This document shows, piece after piece, positions 9,519 to 19,818 of a stretch of DNA of 64,000 nt. The stretch is from Smithellaceae bacterium. GTDB taxonomy: Bacteria; Desulfobacterota; Syntrophia; Syntrophales; Smithellaceae. A model generated the notes under the pieces. It worked only from the letters and a program-made list of their open reading frames with translations. It was not told where the DNA came from and searched no databases. The stretch is taken from positions 416,001 through 480,000 of the forward strand of contig CAXXVL010000001.1 of NCBI GenBank assembly GCA_963667845.2, given 5' to 3'. The position numbers and the translations under genes were made by a program. The stretch's first letter is position 1; each line of letters begins with the position of its first letter.

Positions 9519-10301
9519 TCATTCGTCGACTTTGGCTGTCGTGAGGATGACACCGCCATCCACTGCGACGGTGACACCGACCACATAATCACCGGCACGG
9601 GATGCCAGATAGACGGCAATGCCGGCCATGTCCTCATCGCGTCCGATCCGTTTTGCGGGCACACGCGCCGCGACAACATCCGCCTGATCGCGGGCCACTG
9701 TATTCATTTCCGAAGCGAATGCTCCGGGGGCGATCCCGTTGACGAGAATATTGTCCTGGACCAGGCGAAGGGCCATACGGCGCGTCAGATGAATCAATCC
9801 CGCTTTGCTTGCGGCATAAGAATAGGTTTCCTGGGGATTCACAAAAATGCCGTCGATCGAAGCAACATTGATGATCTTTGCGGGTCGTGTCTTGGCCGCA
9901 TTCCGCAAGGGCGCAATGAGGGCCTGGCTTAAAAAGAACGGCGTTTTCATGTTCAAATCGACAATTTTATCCCAGCCTTTTTCCGAGAATTTGTCGAAGG
10001 GCTCCAGCCATGCGGCCCCGGCATTATTCACGAGAATATCAAGTTTGTCTTCGCGGGATGTATACGCTTTGGCGAGAGCTCTCGCGCCATCAACGGATGA
10101 AACATCCATAGGCAGGGGAAAGCAGGGGCCTAACGGGGAGAGCTCTTCCGCCGTCTTTTCGCACGCCTCGGCTTTGCGCGAGGAGATATAAACCCGTGCA
10201 CCTTGTTCAAGGAATCCGGCTGCGATCATACGGCCGATCCCCCGGGAACCGCCCGTAATAAGAGCCGTGCGGCCCTTTAATGAAAAAAGATCTTGCATCA
10301 T
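9519..10301 (-). CDS. short-chain dehydrogenase/reductase (SDR)
   Basis: TGGSRGIG, NNAG and YAASKAG motifs. GGAGG RBS before ATG 10301. Confidence 0.92.
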   Translation of the reverse strand: MMQDLFSLKGRTALITGGSRGIGRMIAAGFLEQGARVYISSRKAEACEKTAEELSPLGPCFPLPMDVSSVDGARALAKAYTSREDKLDILVNNAGAAWLEPFDKFSEKGWDKIVDLNMKTPFFLSQALIAPLRNAAKTRPAKIINVASIDGIFVNPQETYSYAASKAGLIHLTRRMALRLVQDNILVNGIAPGAFASEMNTVARDQADVVAARVPAKRIGRDEDMAGIAVYLASRAGDYVVGVTVAVDGGVILTTAKVDE

Positions 10302-10403
10302 TTTAATTATCCTCCATTTTATCTTTTTGTAAATTGGGCTTATTAGAAACAATTCTTGAAGTCAATTGAATAATAGAAATAGATAATGGGATGCTCTTAC
10401 CTG

Positions 10404-10432
10404 ATTCGGGGGACATAACACTTAATTATTTT
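10404..10432 (+). repeat. solo RAYT-element-like end motif ATTCGGGGGACATAACACTTAATT
   Basis: Matches the right end of 52914-53178 (reverse complement CAATTCCGGGGACATAAC) and 6122-6150. Confidence 0.65.
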
Positions 10433-10512
10433 CTTTTACGAATAACTGACAATTTCAGTAAGTAATCCGCGTTTTCTTCAAAACACATGAATTGATATTT
10501 TGAAGAACAGCC

Positions 10513-11880
10513 CTATTTTTTCCCGTCCCCAATCGTCTCCTCAACTTGCACAGGACTTGCCGTAGCCGGCCGGGCAGGCCGATGTCTGCGTTTCCGTCTT
10601 CTGCGCCGTTTCGCCGGCGCTTCATCGGGCGGCGTTTCCGTAATGATGGAAGAAGGCTTCCCTGAAAGAAACGCTTCCCACCAGGCCAGAGCGGATTGAT
10701 TTTCCCCTCGCAACTCCCCTTCGAGATGGAGGTACGCCAGGGCGTCTGCAAATTCAGGTCTCCTGACTATGACGGAAGGACGACGCGGCGGCACTGTGTG
10801 AAGCAAGTGCTGCATGGCAAGAATGTTGCGCAGCTGGTTTACGACCTTTCCGGGAATGCTCACGGTCCGGGAGCACTCTTCGATGAACTCCGTGCAAACG
10901 GCATCCTGTGTCAACCGGCCGGGGATACCCTCCCGGTGGCGGGCCTGCGATGTTTCCGTGAGGAGGGGACCGAAGAATGCGGCAAAGAAAAGCGCCGGGG
11001 ATGACGGTATTCCCGTCTGGCATCGCTGGTCGAGATGTCCAAGATTTACGTTCATGATGTTCAGGCGATCGGCGTTTCCGCCGAGCCACAGACTTAGCCC
11101 GGGAAAGAGGGCGGCAAGGAGTCCGCTTTCGTGCATGAGACCGAAAGCCGGACGCGCAGCGCCGAACAGGAAGAGTTTCAAAACCTCTTCATAGAGCCTT
11201 CCCGGTGACGCGCGGGAAATTGTGGAGGACAACTCGCAGAGGGTCTCCCACGCGGCAGGTTCGATGACAAAATCATGGGATGCAGCAAAACGAACGGCGC
11301 GGAGCATGCGCACCGGGTCTTCCGTAAATCGTACGTATGGGTCGCCGATGGGGCGAATGATCCCCTCGCGCAGGTCGCCAAGTCCCGTCGAGTAGTCAAT
11401 GACCGAATAATCCGCGATATTGTAGGCAAGGGCATTGATCGTAAAGTCACGGCGGAGGGCATCCTGTTCCGGTGTGCCAAAGACGTTGTCACGCAGAACC
11501 ATTCCGGAGTCATCCTTGAGGTGACGGGGGTTGCGGTTATTGGGAACCGGCTTTTCCATATCCGATTCATCAGAGAGGGCATCAGCCCGAAACGTGGAAA
11601 CTTCGAGGATTTCGTCGGCAAAGTGCAGATGGGCCAACCGGAAGCGGCGGCCGACAAGACGGCAATTGCGAAAGAGACGTTTGATCTGACCCGGTCTGGC
11701 GTCTGTTGCGATGTCGAAGTCTTTGGGTGTGCGCTCCAGGAGCAGGTCGCGGACACACCCCCCGATCAAATAGGCAATAAAGCCGTTGTCGCGGAGTCGG
11801 TAAAGTGTGCGGAGAACATTCCGGTCTATCTTTTTCCGGGAGATCCGGTGTTCCTTCCGGGGAATGATTAGTGGCTGCAT
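10513..11880 (-). CDS. pcnB: poly(A) polymerase I
   Basis: GGCVRDLLL, PKDFDIAT, PAP signature 'LVGRRFRLAHL', RRDFTINAL, EDPVRMLRA, Arg-rich C-terminal tail. Confidence 0.93.
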   Translation of the reverse strand: MQPLIIPRKEHRISRKKIDRNVLRTLYRLRDNGFIAYLIGGCVRDLLLERTPKDFDIATDARPGQIKRLFRNCRLVGRRFRLAHLHFADEILEVSTFRADALSDESDMEKPVPNNRNPRHLKDDSGMVLRDNVFGTPEQDALRRDFTINALAYNIADYSVIDYSTGLGDLREGIIRPIGDPYVRFTEDPVRMLRAVRFAASHDFVIEPAAWETLCELSSTISRASPGRLYEEVLKLFLFGAARPAFGLMHESGLLAALFPGLSLWLGGNADRLNIMNVNLGHLDQRCQTGIPSSPALFFAAFFGPLLTETSQARHREGIPGRLTQDAVCTEFIEECSRTVSIPGKVVNQLRNILAMQHLLHTVPPRRPSVIVRRPEFADALAYLHLEGELRGENQSALAWWEAFLSGKPSSIITETPPDEAPAKRRRRRKRRHRPARPATASPVQVEETIGDGKK

Positions 11881-11889
11881 GTGTGCAAC

Positions 11890-11977
11890 ATAGCACACCA
11901 AATCGAAAAAGCAAGATTTCGGCGTTATTTGCTATGGATTGGAATATTGGATACCCGCTAAAAATCATCGGGAACAG
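11890..11977. repeat. 88-bp direct repeat copy 1, overlapping the pcnB promoter
   Basis: 83/88 identical to 13376-13463. Minus strand reads TTGCTT-N16-TATGTT with a TG extension, 6 nt before the pcnB ATG. Confidence 0.9.
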
Positions 11978-12083
11978 AGGTTGAAAAAATATCCGACAGC
12001 CGGAATGCTATACTGGCAAGGATTTTAAGCTATTTGTATTGAAGAAGTTAATAAATTTACAGCGTCCCCTTGGTCTCACCCGA

Positions 12084-13298
12084 TCAACGGCAGTCTCCAC
12101 TAACTTTAGTTTTTTTTAACAATTCGCAGCTTCCCAGTGCGCACGCTTTTTTTGCGTCAGAACAGCCAAGCGTGATTTCACCCGACGATAAATAAGCATA
12201 TCCCCGCATAGAGTAGGCGGAGCCATCATCCGGTTTCAGGCGGATGGCTTCATCATAATCATTGATGGCCGGTTTATAGCGTTCCAGTCTGGCATGAAAA
12301 GATCCTCGTATCCTGTAAGCGTCCGCATAATCCGGTTTCAGGCGAATGGCCTCGTTTAGATATTCAATGCCCTTCAGGAAATCAGTGAGTTCTGTGCTGT
12401 TATTCAGAATAAGCGCCTTGCCGTACCATGCCTCTGCAGCGCCGATTGCTGCATCAGAATCTCCAGGCGCTTTCGATTGACCAACGGGCAGCGTGTCTCC
12501 AAAAGTCTCTGCTGTCGCCGACCCTTTGCTTTTGTTGAAGTTTTTTATTTGTGGAATTGCGAACAGAATGCCGCCGACCACTATCATAACCACGATAACC
12601 GTCATATATAGCGCAAACGATTCCCCTATACCGTGTAACTTTGTTTTCCAGCTGGCGCCGTTTTGTTTTCTGTGTTTTTTCCGTACCGGCTCGTCTGCCC
12701 TGAACCCGACTTCTTCCCCTTTCAGTTTACACCTGACTATTCTCAGCTGTCTCACGAAGAAAGGTGTGACGTCATACAATCCCGGTACAAATTCTTCGGC
12801 GAATCTGAGGCATCCCGAGAATACGCAAAATGTGGGAACAAAAGCAACAGTAAGAGCTGTGTCCATGTTCTTGAAATAGCCCGTGTAATGAATATAAAGT
12901 GCGACAATATATGTTAAAGGCAGTCCTGCGAAAATGATGCGGCCAAAAAAACCCCTGAAAGAATAGAAATATTGGATGATATGCAGAAATTTTAACAGCG
13001 CGCCGACGATGAAACAAATTAATAAAGAAGTCAGTGTCAGATTAAGTGTGAGGCCGACAATATTTCTACTGAATAAATCATTCGTGATGCGATAACTTTC
13101 TTCGTAAAATACCGCATATGCCTGTCCCACTTGCGTATATGTAAATATAAGCCACAGGTATTTTGAATAATATAAAAGAAAAATATAGGCGAGTGCTGTG
13201 AAAGCAAATAGCAATATAAGCTCTGCAACTCCGCCCACCGGCTTTTTAAAACGGGTGAGTAATTTTGCCGCTTTAATTTTGAGCTGCTCTCGATTCAT
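12084..13298 (-). CDS. multi-TM membrane protein with C-terminal TPR repeats
   Basis: Several hydrophobic segments, then 'EAIRLKPDYADAYRIRG' and 'EAIRLKPDDGSAYSMRG' TPRs. Confidence 0.8.
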   Translation of the reverse strand: MNREQLKIKAAKLLTRFKKPVGGVAELILLFAFTALAYIFLLYYSKYLWLIFTYTQVGQAYAVFYEESYRITNDLFSRNIVGLTLNLTLTSLLICFIVGALLKFLHIIQYFYSFRGFFGRIIFAGLPLTYIVALYIHYTGYFKNMDTALTVAFVPTFCVFSGCLRFAEEFVPGLYDVTPFFVRQLRIVRCKLKGEEVGFRADEPVRKKHRKQNGASWKTKLHGIGESFALYMTVIVVMIVVGGILFAIPQIKNFNKSKGSATAETFGDTLPVGQSKAPGDSDAAIGAAEAWYGKALILNNSTELTDFLKGIEYLNEAIRLKPDYADAYRIRGSFHARLERYKPAINDYDEAIRLKPDDGSAYSMRGYAYLSSGEITLGCSDAKKACALGSCELLKKTKVSGDCR

Positions 13299-13375
13299 TT
13301 CAAAATAATCCTGCTCTATTTTGTCTTCTCATTCATTCAGCGTGGAATATCAACATTGGGGGCAGGTTTTGAAAT

Positions 13376-13463
13376 ATAGCACACCAAATCGAAAAAGCAA
13401 GATTTCGGCGTCATTTACTATGGATTGGAATATTGAATACCCGCTAAAAATTATCGGGCACAG
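13376..13463. repeat. 88-bp direct repeat copy 2 (duplicated promoter upstream of the TPR gene)
   Basis: See 11890-11977. The -10 box reads TATATT here. Confidence 0.9.
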
Positions 13464-13855
13464 GGCTACTATGGGACGTACTTCAATATATTAAAATAAT
13501 ATGGACAGTGCCCTGTTTGGGATATCGAGGAGATGATTTGTTTTTCTTTGGCCTGCGCTGCCTGTTTCGTGAATCATAAATAGAGGGGGTGTTCTATTCA
13601 CTGAGAGAGGTATTGAAAAATCAGAGATGAATAATGGAACCGTGCGATTTTTCGCAAAGCACATCAATTGATATTTTGAAGTACGCCCTTCATTACAAAT
13701 ACATGCTTATTTATTTGTTATGATCGATTTATAAACATAATGAACTCATATTAACCGGACACTACCGCTAATATATACATCACTGGGCCTTTTGTCGTTT
13801 ACATAATGTGACCTGTGGGATATAGGAACCGAACATATTCCATTCAGGAGGAAAC

Positions 13856-15190
13856 ATGAAAACTCGAGTAAAGTTGTTCGCTGGTTTAATCCTCTTAACC
13901 GCCTTTGCAATTATTGCCTGCAGCGGTTCTGATGACCCCCGTTTCTATTCCTATACAGTGACCTTTGACAGTCAGGACGCAACGAAAGCGGCAGATCCGG
14001 CCGGTAAGACCGTACAATTCCCGGCAAAGACTGTTGACGCATTACCGGCAGAACCGACTAAGAACGGTTATATCTTTGGCGGCTGGTATACAGCGATTGG
14101 TGGAGGAGGAACCGAGTTTACAGCCGCTACAACAGTTTCGGCAGATATTACGGTTTATGCCAAATGGACGGTAAAATTAGTATATGCCATAGGTGACACC
14201 GGTCCGGGCGGTGGCGTTGTCTTCTATACAAGAGTTGACGGCACGGGTGGACTAGAGGTCGCGCCGGCATTGTGGAATGGCGGTTCTCCGGATCCCGGTC
14301 CGATACAATGGAGTACTATAACCAATGCTTTCGCGAATGGCGTAAGCGCGTTACCCACGGGAATAGGGACCGGATCCGCGAACACTGACGCGATTATCCT
14401 GCAAAATAGCGGTGCCGAGAGCGCGGCAAAGCTCTGCCGAGATTATACGGGTGGCGGTTTTTCTGACTGGTTTCTGCCGTCGAGAGACGAATTGGCGCAG
14501 CTATGGACAGCATTGGCATCCACAGCAAGTACCCGCACAACTTACGGCTTTAACGGTGACTATTACTGGAGTTCGTCTGAGGGCATTGCTTCCCGAGCTT
14601 GGCATCATTGGTTTTCAGACTTTGGCGGTCATGATGCTTATGATAAGATCTCTCCGTCCTACGTGCGTCCCGTTCGGGCTTTTGGAACCCCGCTCACCAC
14701 AGAGTACTTCAATGATGGATTCGAAGGGGGCGGCTGGAATTCCGCGAGGATCAGCGGCGACGGCGACTGGTCTATCGTTACTTCCGGAACTCATCCCACG
14801 CTCGTGCCCCGCAGCGGTTCTCATATGGCCCTCTTCCCATCCTATGATGCAAGCAGCGGCCATCAAGCGCGCATCTACCGCAGCATCAGTGGTTTTACGA
14901 TCCCCATCTCGCCTGCATCGGTCACACTGAGCTTCTTCATGTATCACGACCCCGGATACCCTACACCCCCGTATGACCGGGCGCAGGTCCAGGTATCAAC
15001 AGACGGGGGAAGCAACTGGATCAATGTGGGATCGGCTATCGACCGGTACAGCGCCACGGAGGGCTGGATTCAACACACGCTTGATCTGTCTGCCTACAAG
15101 GGGCAGACGGTCATCCTGGGTTTCGTCGGCATAAGCGAATACGGCAACAATATGTATCTTGATGATGTCTCGGTGATTGGACTGAATTAG
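13856..15190 (+). CDS. surface lipoprotein: InlB B-repeat + DUF1566/Lcl-like domain + cleaved-adhesin-like beta-sandwich
   Basis: Lipobox IIAC; 'PTKNGYIFGGWYT...DITVYAKW'; 'YAIGDTGPGGGVVFY...DWFLPSRDEL...YWSSSE...VRPVRAF'; 'DGFEG...VQVSTDGGSNW...DLSAYKGQ...YLDDV'. Confidence 0.8.
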   Translation: MKTRVKLFAGLILLTAFAIIACSGSDDPRFYSYTVTFDSQDATKAADPAGKTVQFPAKTVDALPAEPTKNGYIFGGWYTAIGGGGTEFTAATTVSADITVYAKWTVKLVYAIGDTGPGGGVVFYTRVDGTGGLEVAPALWNGGSPDPGPIQWSTITNAFANGVSALPTGIGTGSANTDAIILQNSGAESAAKLCRDYTGGGFSDWFLPSRDELAQLWTALASTASTRTTYGFNGDYYWSSSEGIASRAWHHWFSDFGGHDAYDKISPSYVRPVRAFGTPLTTEYFNDGFEGGGWNSARISGDGDWSIVTSGTHPTLVPRSGSHMALFPSYDASSGHQARIYRSISGFTIPISPASVTLSFFMYHDPGYPTPPYDRAQVQVSTDGGSNWINVGSAIDRYSATEGWIQHTLDLSAYKGQTVILGFVGISEYGNNMYLDDVSVIGLN

Positions 15191-15261
15191 TTTAGCAGGA
15201 AGTATCGCGGCAATCCGAAAACCATTTCTGGATTGTCGGCGTTTCTTGGCAAACAAAAATT

Positions 15262-15291
15262 AAGCCCGGATATGATGGTATCCGGGCTTTT
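15262..15291. terminator. intrinsic terminator between convergent genes
   Basis: AAGCCCGGATA-tgatgg-TATCCGGGCTT followed by T's. Confidence 0.75.
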
Positions 15292-15303
15292 CTATATCTC
15301 CCG

Positions 15304-16065
15304 CTATTTCTTCTGGAAGCTGCATTGAATAACGCCGGAACCACCACTTAATAGTTTCTTGGTCACTTTTGTAAGAGTTTTTGACACCACTTCTATTTCA
15401 TATTCTGTTTTATGAAAACAGTAGTCCGGCCATTTCCCATGTTTATCGTACACCGACTCTTGACACACGTTGAAGGCTGTGGCGTATTTCAGAACCGGGG
15501 CAGTAACCTTCATGACTTGGCCTCCCGCAACAGCATATTTCCCGGTTCGAAACGCGTCGGGAACGTTATAAGTAGGCACACGCACTCCATCATCGCCGGC
15601 GCGTGTGATTTGAAACTCTTCCCTGGATGGACTGCAACCTTGAAGATTTTTTGTTTCCCATCCACTAAACGAGACCAGCACATCGATAATCTCCGGCAAG
15701 GTGAGTTCCTGCTCAGCCTTATACTCAAGTTTGTAGATCCGCTCCCGTATCTTTGCGGCCTCAGGGGAATTGGGGGCAAGGCGAAGGTACTGTTTGAAAC
15801 TTGCAATGGCCTCCTTTAGTTTTCCTGCCTTTTCCTCGGCAAGCCCAAGGTTATAGTGCACATTTGCCCAATCCGGCGCAAGACGTTTAGCTTGCATGAA
15901 TTCGTTGATAGCTGCGTCATACCCATCCTGTGATTTTGCCATCTCCATCGCAGCCTGCCCCCGTGCCATATGGCGGCGGGCCTCTTCGGATACGGTCTGG
16001 GCATTTACAATGGATATCAGCAAGGAACAGACGGCAAGAACTGTTATGATCATTTTGATCTTCAT
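15304..16065 (-). CDS. secreted TPR-repeat protein
   Basis: Signal peptide MKIKMIITVLAVCSLLISIVNA; TPR 'LAPDWANVHYNLGLAEEKAG...YLRLAPNSPEA'; GGAG RBS. Confidence 0.8.
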   Translation of the reverse strand: MKIKMIITVLAVCSLLISIVNAQTVSEEARRHMARGQAAMEMAKSQDGYDAAINEFMQAKRLAPDWANVHYNLGLAEEKAGKLKEAIASFKQYLRLAPNSPEAAKIRERIYKLEYKAEQELTLPEIIDVLVSFSGWETKNLQGCSPSREEFQITRAGDDGVRVPTYNVPDAFRTGKYAVAGGQVMKVTAPVLKYATAFNVCQESVYDKHGKWPDYCFHKTEYEIEVVSKTLTKVTKKLLSGGSGVIQCSFQKK

Positions 16066-16316
16066 TATTTCTCCCTGCAATAAAGTAAGGCGTATCCGGA
16101 AATTCGTCGGCGCCTTTGTTTCCATCATTTTCCAATTCTGTCTCGACGGTTCTTCTTTCCCCACTTTTATAATCGGAATGTTTGATCTTATGACAAACTT
16201 AGCAGGTTTCCACGGATGGTTTTCGGCGATGTAATTTTAGCAACTGCTTCACATTCCGTTAACGGAATTGAGTTGGCGGCAATAACATTGACCAGGCATG
16301 CAGCATACTTTTTACA

Positions 16317-16622
16317 CTATTTGCTGCACTGGCACTTGCCGTTTACATACCTGCATCCGGATAAACAGCATTTGGCTTCATTAGGGGGAAGGCATGCACC
16401 GTTGCATTCCACACCGCCGCACCAGCTGCCGTTCCGATAGCACATGCCGGACATACAACATTTTGCTTCGTTGAACGGCAGGCATTGACCGCCGCATTCC
16501 GCTCCGCATGCTCCACTGGAAAGTGTGCATCCACCTGAAGCCTCACATTGCCCGGCATAAAGCGCCGGTGCCGCTATTAACAAAAACACCGCAATTTGTG
16601 CGAAAATAAAAAGTTTCTTCAT
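16317..16622 (-). CDS. secreted 101-aa cysteine-rich repeat protein
   Basis: AGGAG RBS, signal peptide ending ALYA, 16 Cys, duplicated 'ECxGxCLPxNEAKCCxSG' unit. Confidence 0.8.
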   Translation of the reverse strand: MKKLFIFAQIAVFLLIAAPALYAGQCEASGGCTLSSGACGAECGGQCLPFNEAKCCMSGMCYRNGSWCGGVECNGACLPPNEAKCCLSGCRYVNGKCQCSK

Positions 16623-16830
16623 ATTTTTCTCCTTCTTCTTTTGTAAGGTAGAAAATGCGGCCTCATATGTCAATGAAATCTTGCGGCATGAAATGTGTTG
16701 GAGAAACAGGGGGACGCTGCTGATTTATTAACTTTCTCATGCCAGGACTATTAAATTGACTCTCCTGGATCACTTCAGTTATACTTTTGCCCGCACAGCA
16801 TCCCTCAAAATATGGCAAAGGGGTAAAACC

Positions 16831-16980
16831 ATGATTAGACCGTCAAAGAAAAAATCCCGGAATAAATCAGAAACTCTCCCGATAAGCAGGTATTTCCTGG
16901 ATCTTGTCGCCTGCGCCGCGCTGACGTTGCTTTTTGCCGGATGCGCGACAACGCGACCCAACCTGCACCATGAATCGTAA
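16831..16980 (+). pseudogene. probable truncated lipoprotein gene fragment
   Basis: Lipobox 'LLFAGC' followed by only 11 residues before the stop. Confidence 0.4.
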
Positions 16981-17017
16981 ACTCTTGTTACGATAAGAAA
17001 GGCATGAAGGGAGTAAA

Positions 17018-18145
17018 ATGAAGAAATCTACATTATTACTGTTTGTTGCTGTACTCATAGCCATGCTGACAGCATGCGTAAGCTCGACGACACTCAATCC
17101 GCCAATCGCCAATGCCGGAAAAGATCAATCAGTAATCGTTAATTCAACAGTTACTCTCGATGGCTCAGGCTCGACTGATCCTGACAATAACATTGTTTCC
17201 TACCAATGGGAACAGACAGATGGACCAACCGTAACACTAACCAATGCCAATTCGGTTACCTCACAGTTTATCGCCCCCATAACGGGATCGACGCTAACCT
17301 TTAAGTTGACCGTTATAGACGCAACTGGTTTGCAATCGACGGACACATGCATCATATCCGTTTCGCCCACAACCAGGATTGGACCTTTTATTGCGTCATA
17401 TTACGACGGTACTACTTTCGTGGCCTCGGAATCTGTGACACGACCGTCCATCAACTATAGTGGGTCAGATTTTCATGGCATTGACTCGGTGAACTTTAAT
17501 GCCACATGGACCGGCAATATAGAGGTGTTTAACGACCCGAAGATCATCAATCTAAACTTTGAAGTCCACTGGGCGGATATCTCGCTTTTTATTGACGGAG
17601 TGGAAATAGCTTCCTGGTCGAGAAGCAATCGTATTGTTCACCATCAATTCAGTCTTGGGGTTCACGAGATCGTAATCAAGTATCACAGCAACACACTTAC
17701 CACTGACTTCAACGCATCCTTTACCGACAACAGCATATACTCCAAAGACGAGGCAATAAACCTTATCCGGCCACAAATCGATGGCGGCACCCAGATCATT
17801 TATGTCGGCTGCTATGAGTCTGCTGATCTGTATAATAACAGCACCGTGACCCTAGACAAAACCGCTGCCAAGGTATTTCTGTTCCTGACTTCGTACCAAT
17901 CCCTGAACTGGATCATCCAAAATCCACATAACGTCACGATCACCGGCATTGCCTACAGTTCCTATTCTATAGTTACTACAGTTTCCGCCGATAAGAATGT
18001 TCCTACATTTGAGATTGCAGGGCTTGCTTACGGATACAGCAATTTTTCGGCGCCTTCCGCTGATATCAACTATATTGTCGGCAGGGCACCGGATTACACT
18101 TGCGGCACATATGGGCTGACGGAGATGCTAATATCGATACCTTAA
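17018..18145 (+). CDS. lipoprotein with PKD-like and PA14-like domains
   Basis: Lipobox LTAC; 'PPIANAGKDQSV...VTLDGSGSTDPD...SYQWEQTDGP'; 'NFNATWTGNI...LFIDG...GVHEIVIKY'. Confidence 0.75.
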   Translation: MKKSTLLLFVAVLIAMLTACVSSTTLNPPIANAGKDQSVIVNSTVTLDGSGSTDPDNNIVSYQWEQTDGPTVTLTNANSVTSQFIAPITGSTLTFKLTVIDATGLQSTDTCIISVSPTTRIGPFIASYYDGTTFVASESVTRPSINYSGSDFHGIDSVNFNATWTGNIEVFNDPKIINLNFEVHWADISLFIDGVEIASWSRSNRIVHHQFSLGVHEIVIKYHSNTLTTDFNASFTDNSIYSKDEAINLIRPQIDGGTQIIYVGCYESADLYNNSTVTLDKTAAKVFLFLTSYQSLNWIIQNPHNVTITGIAYSSYSIVTTVSADKNVPTFEIAGLAYGYSNFSAPSADINYIVGRAPDYTCGTYGLTEMLISIP

Positions 18146-18184
18146 TCTAATCTCTTAAATTGGATTAGAGAGACAGAGGGACTG

Positions 18185-18385
18185 TGAATCTACCCCAGTT
18201 TAACGGACACTTCAAAAAGTATACAGAGTCGTATACAAAGAAGAAGAAAGGAGTGTCCGATGAGAAAGCAGAGGCAGTCATTTAGCCGGGAGTTTAAGCT
18301 GGAAGCCGTTCGATTAATGGAAGAAGGCAAGAAGCCACCTGCGGAACTGGCACGCGAGCTTGGGGACATGGTTTCACATCACTGA
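18185..18385 (+). mobile_element. IS3-family remnant: left inverted repeat + truncated orfA
   Basis: TGAATCTACCCCAGTTTAACGGACAC end. ATG 18260 gives MRKQRQSFSREFKLEAVRLMEEGKKPPAELARELG, then the HTH similarity stops at GGGGACATGG. Confidence 0.85.
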
Positions 18386-18497
18386 TAGAATCAATTGTTT
18401 GGTTTGGGCCACCGCTGTAAATGCGTGTCGGGTCTCAAGATCGACACCCAAAAAAGATAACAATGCTGTCTGTTCATTCTTACGGAGGAGAAAAGCC

Positions 18498-19751
18498 ATG
18501 AAAAAATTATTTGCATTATTAGTGCTGATAATTGCGGCATCTTCTTTTACAGCATGCACCAATTCAGGTCCCATTTCCAGTACGAAGACCATAACCGCAT
18601 TTTCATTTAACAATCCATCCGCATCGGGGGATGATCGATGAGGCTTCGAAAAGCATCGTCGTCGTGCTCCCCTTCGGAACCGACGTAACGTCTCTCGTTG
18701 CCGTTTTCACCACAACGGGATCAGTCGTTCAAGCTGCGGGTGCGTTTCAAATAAGTGGGACTACACCAAATGATTTTACCAATCCGGTCGTCTACACAGT
18801 CTATGCGGCAGACGGCACAAGTGCGGCTTACACGGTCACGATTTCATTCGGGACGCATATTTTTCTCCGCAGCGATGCCGGAGATTTTATCGGCCAGGGG
18901 AAGGATTATGATTATTTTCCGGGCAATGCACAGATCAGCGTTAACGCTTCGGGAGCCCTTCTCACAGTCAATATCCGGGGAGACGAGCAATGGTGGTCTG
19001 ATTTCAAAGTCCCCGACAATATGAGTCAGCTTCAGACCGGTACCTACGCCGGTCTCAAGCGTTACCCGTTCCATGATCCTGTTCAAGGGGGACTCAATTG
19101 GTCCGGCGAGGGTCGAGGCTGCAATGTTCTCTCCGGCTGGTTTGCGATAGACGAGGTTATGTATGAAAATGGAATTCTGAAGGCCATTGCACTTCGTTTT
19201 GAGCAGCATTGCGAAGGAGGAACCCCTGCTCTTCACGGCCGCATTTCCTGGACATCAGACGACAAGACGGTTCCCAGGGGTCCCGTCTATCCCATGCCGG
19301 CCGGACTGTGGCAACCTGCAATGGGATCGACCCCGGTGCCGGCAATTACATTTATCTGCAGAGCGATCTTCAAGATTATATCGGACAGGGCCAAACATAT
19401 ATTTACACTCCGAACGACGCCCAGATCACCGTCGGCTCCGCAGACGGCCATTTATCCGTGCATGTGAACGGTGCAGATTGGTGGAATGGCGATTTCCAGA
19501 CCATGAGTTCGCTGAACCGTTTTCAGGCCGGATATTACGGTAGCCTGATGCGCTATCCTTTTCACAATCCCGCCCGGGGTGGGCTCAGCTGGTCCGGCGA
19601 GGGTCGGGGTTGCAATAGGTTGAGCGGCTGGTTTGCCGTCGATGATGTTGTGTATAATAATGGAATTCTCGAAGCCATCGACCTGCGTTTCGAACAACAC
19701 TGCGAAGGCTCAGCTCCTGCTCTTCACGGTAAAATTCACTGGGCACCGTGA
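18498..19751 (+). pseudogene. doubly frameshifted lipoprotein (Ig-like domain + two tandem copies of an unknown ~130-aa domain)
   Basis: Lipobox FTAC. One extra base in the G5 run at 18626-18630 and one missing base near 19331-19336. 'LxSDxxD(F/Y)IGQG...RYPFHxP..GGLxWSGEGRGCN.LSGWF...RFEQHCEG..PALHG.I.W' occurs twice. Confidence 0.8.
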
Positions 19752-19818
19752 AAGAAAGGAGGAAACAAGTAAGCAGAGGGATGTAACAAACTTTCTAACT
19801 TTCTCATGTATGAGCTCA

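Noticed and set aside
16253..16268. Perfect 16-bp palindrome ATTCCGTTAACGGAAT
   Set aside because: Single occurrence. A terminator, an operator and chance cannot be told apart.
5510..18170. Integron attC sites (TCTAATC...GRTTAGA after the genes ending at 5515 and 18145; CACTAAC...GTTAAAT near 6985-7037)
   Set aside because: Too short or lacking paired L boxes, not arrayed, and no integron integrase is in the window.
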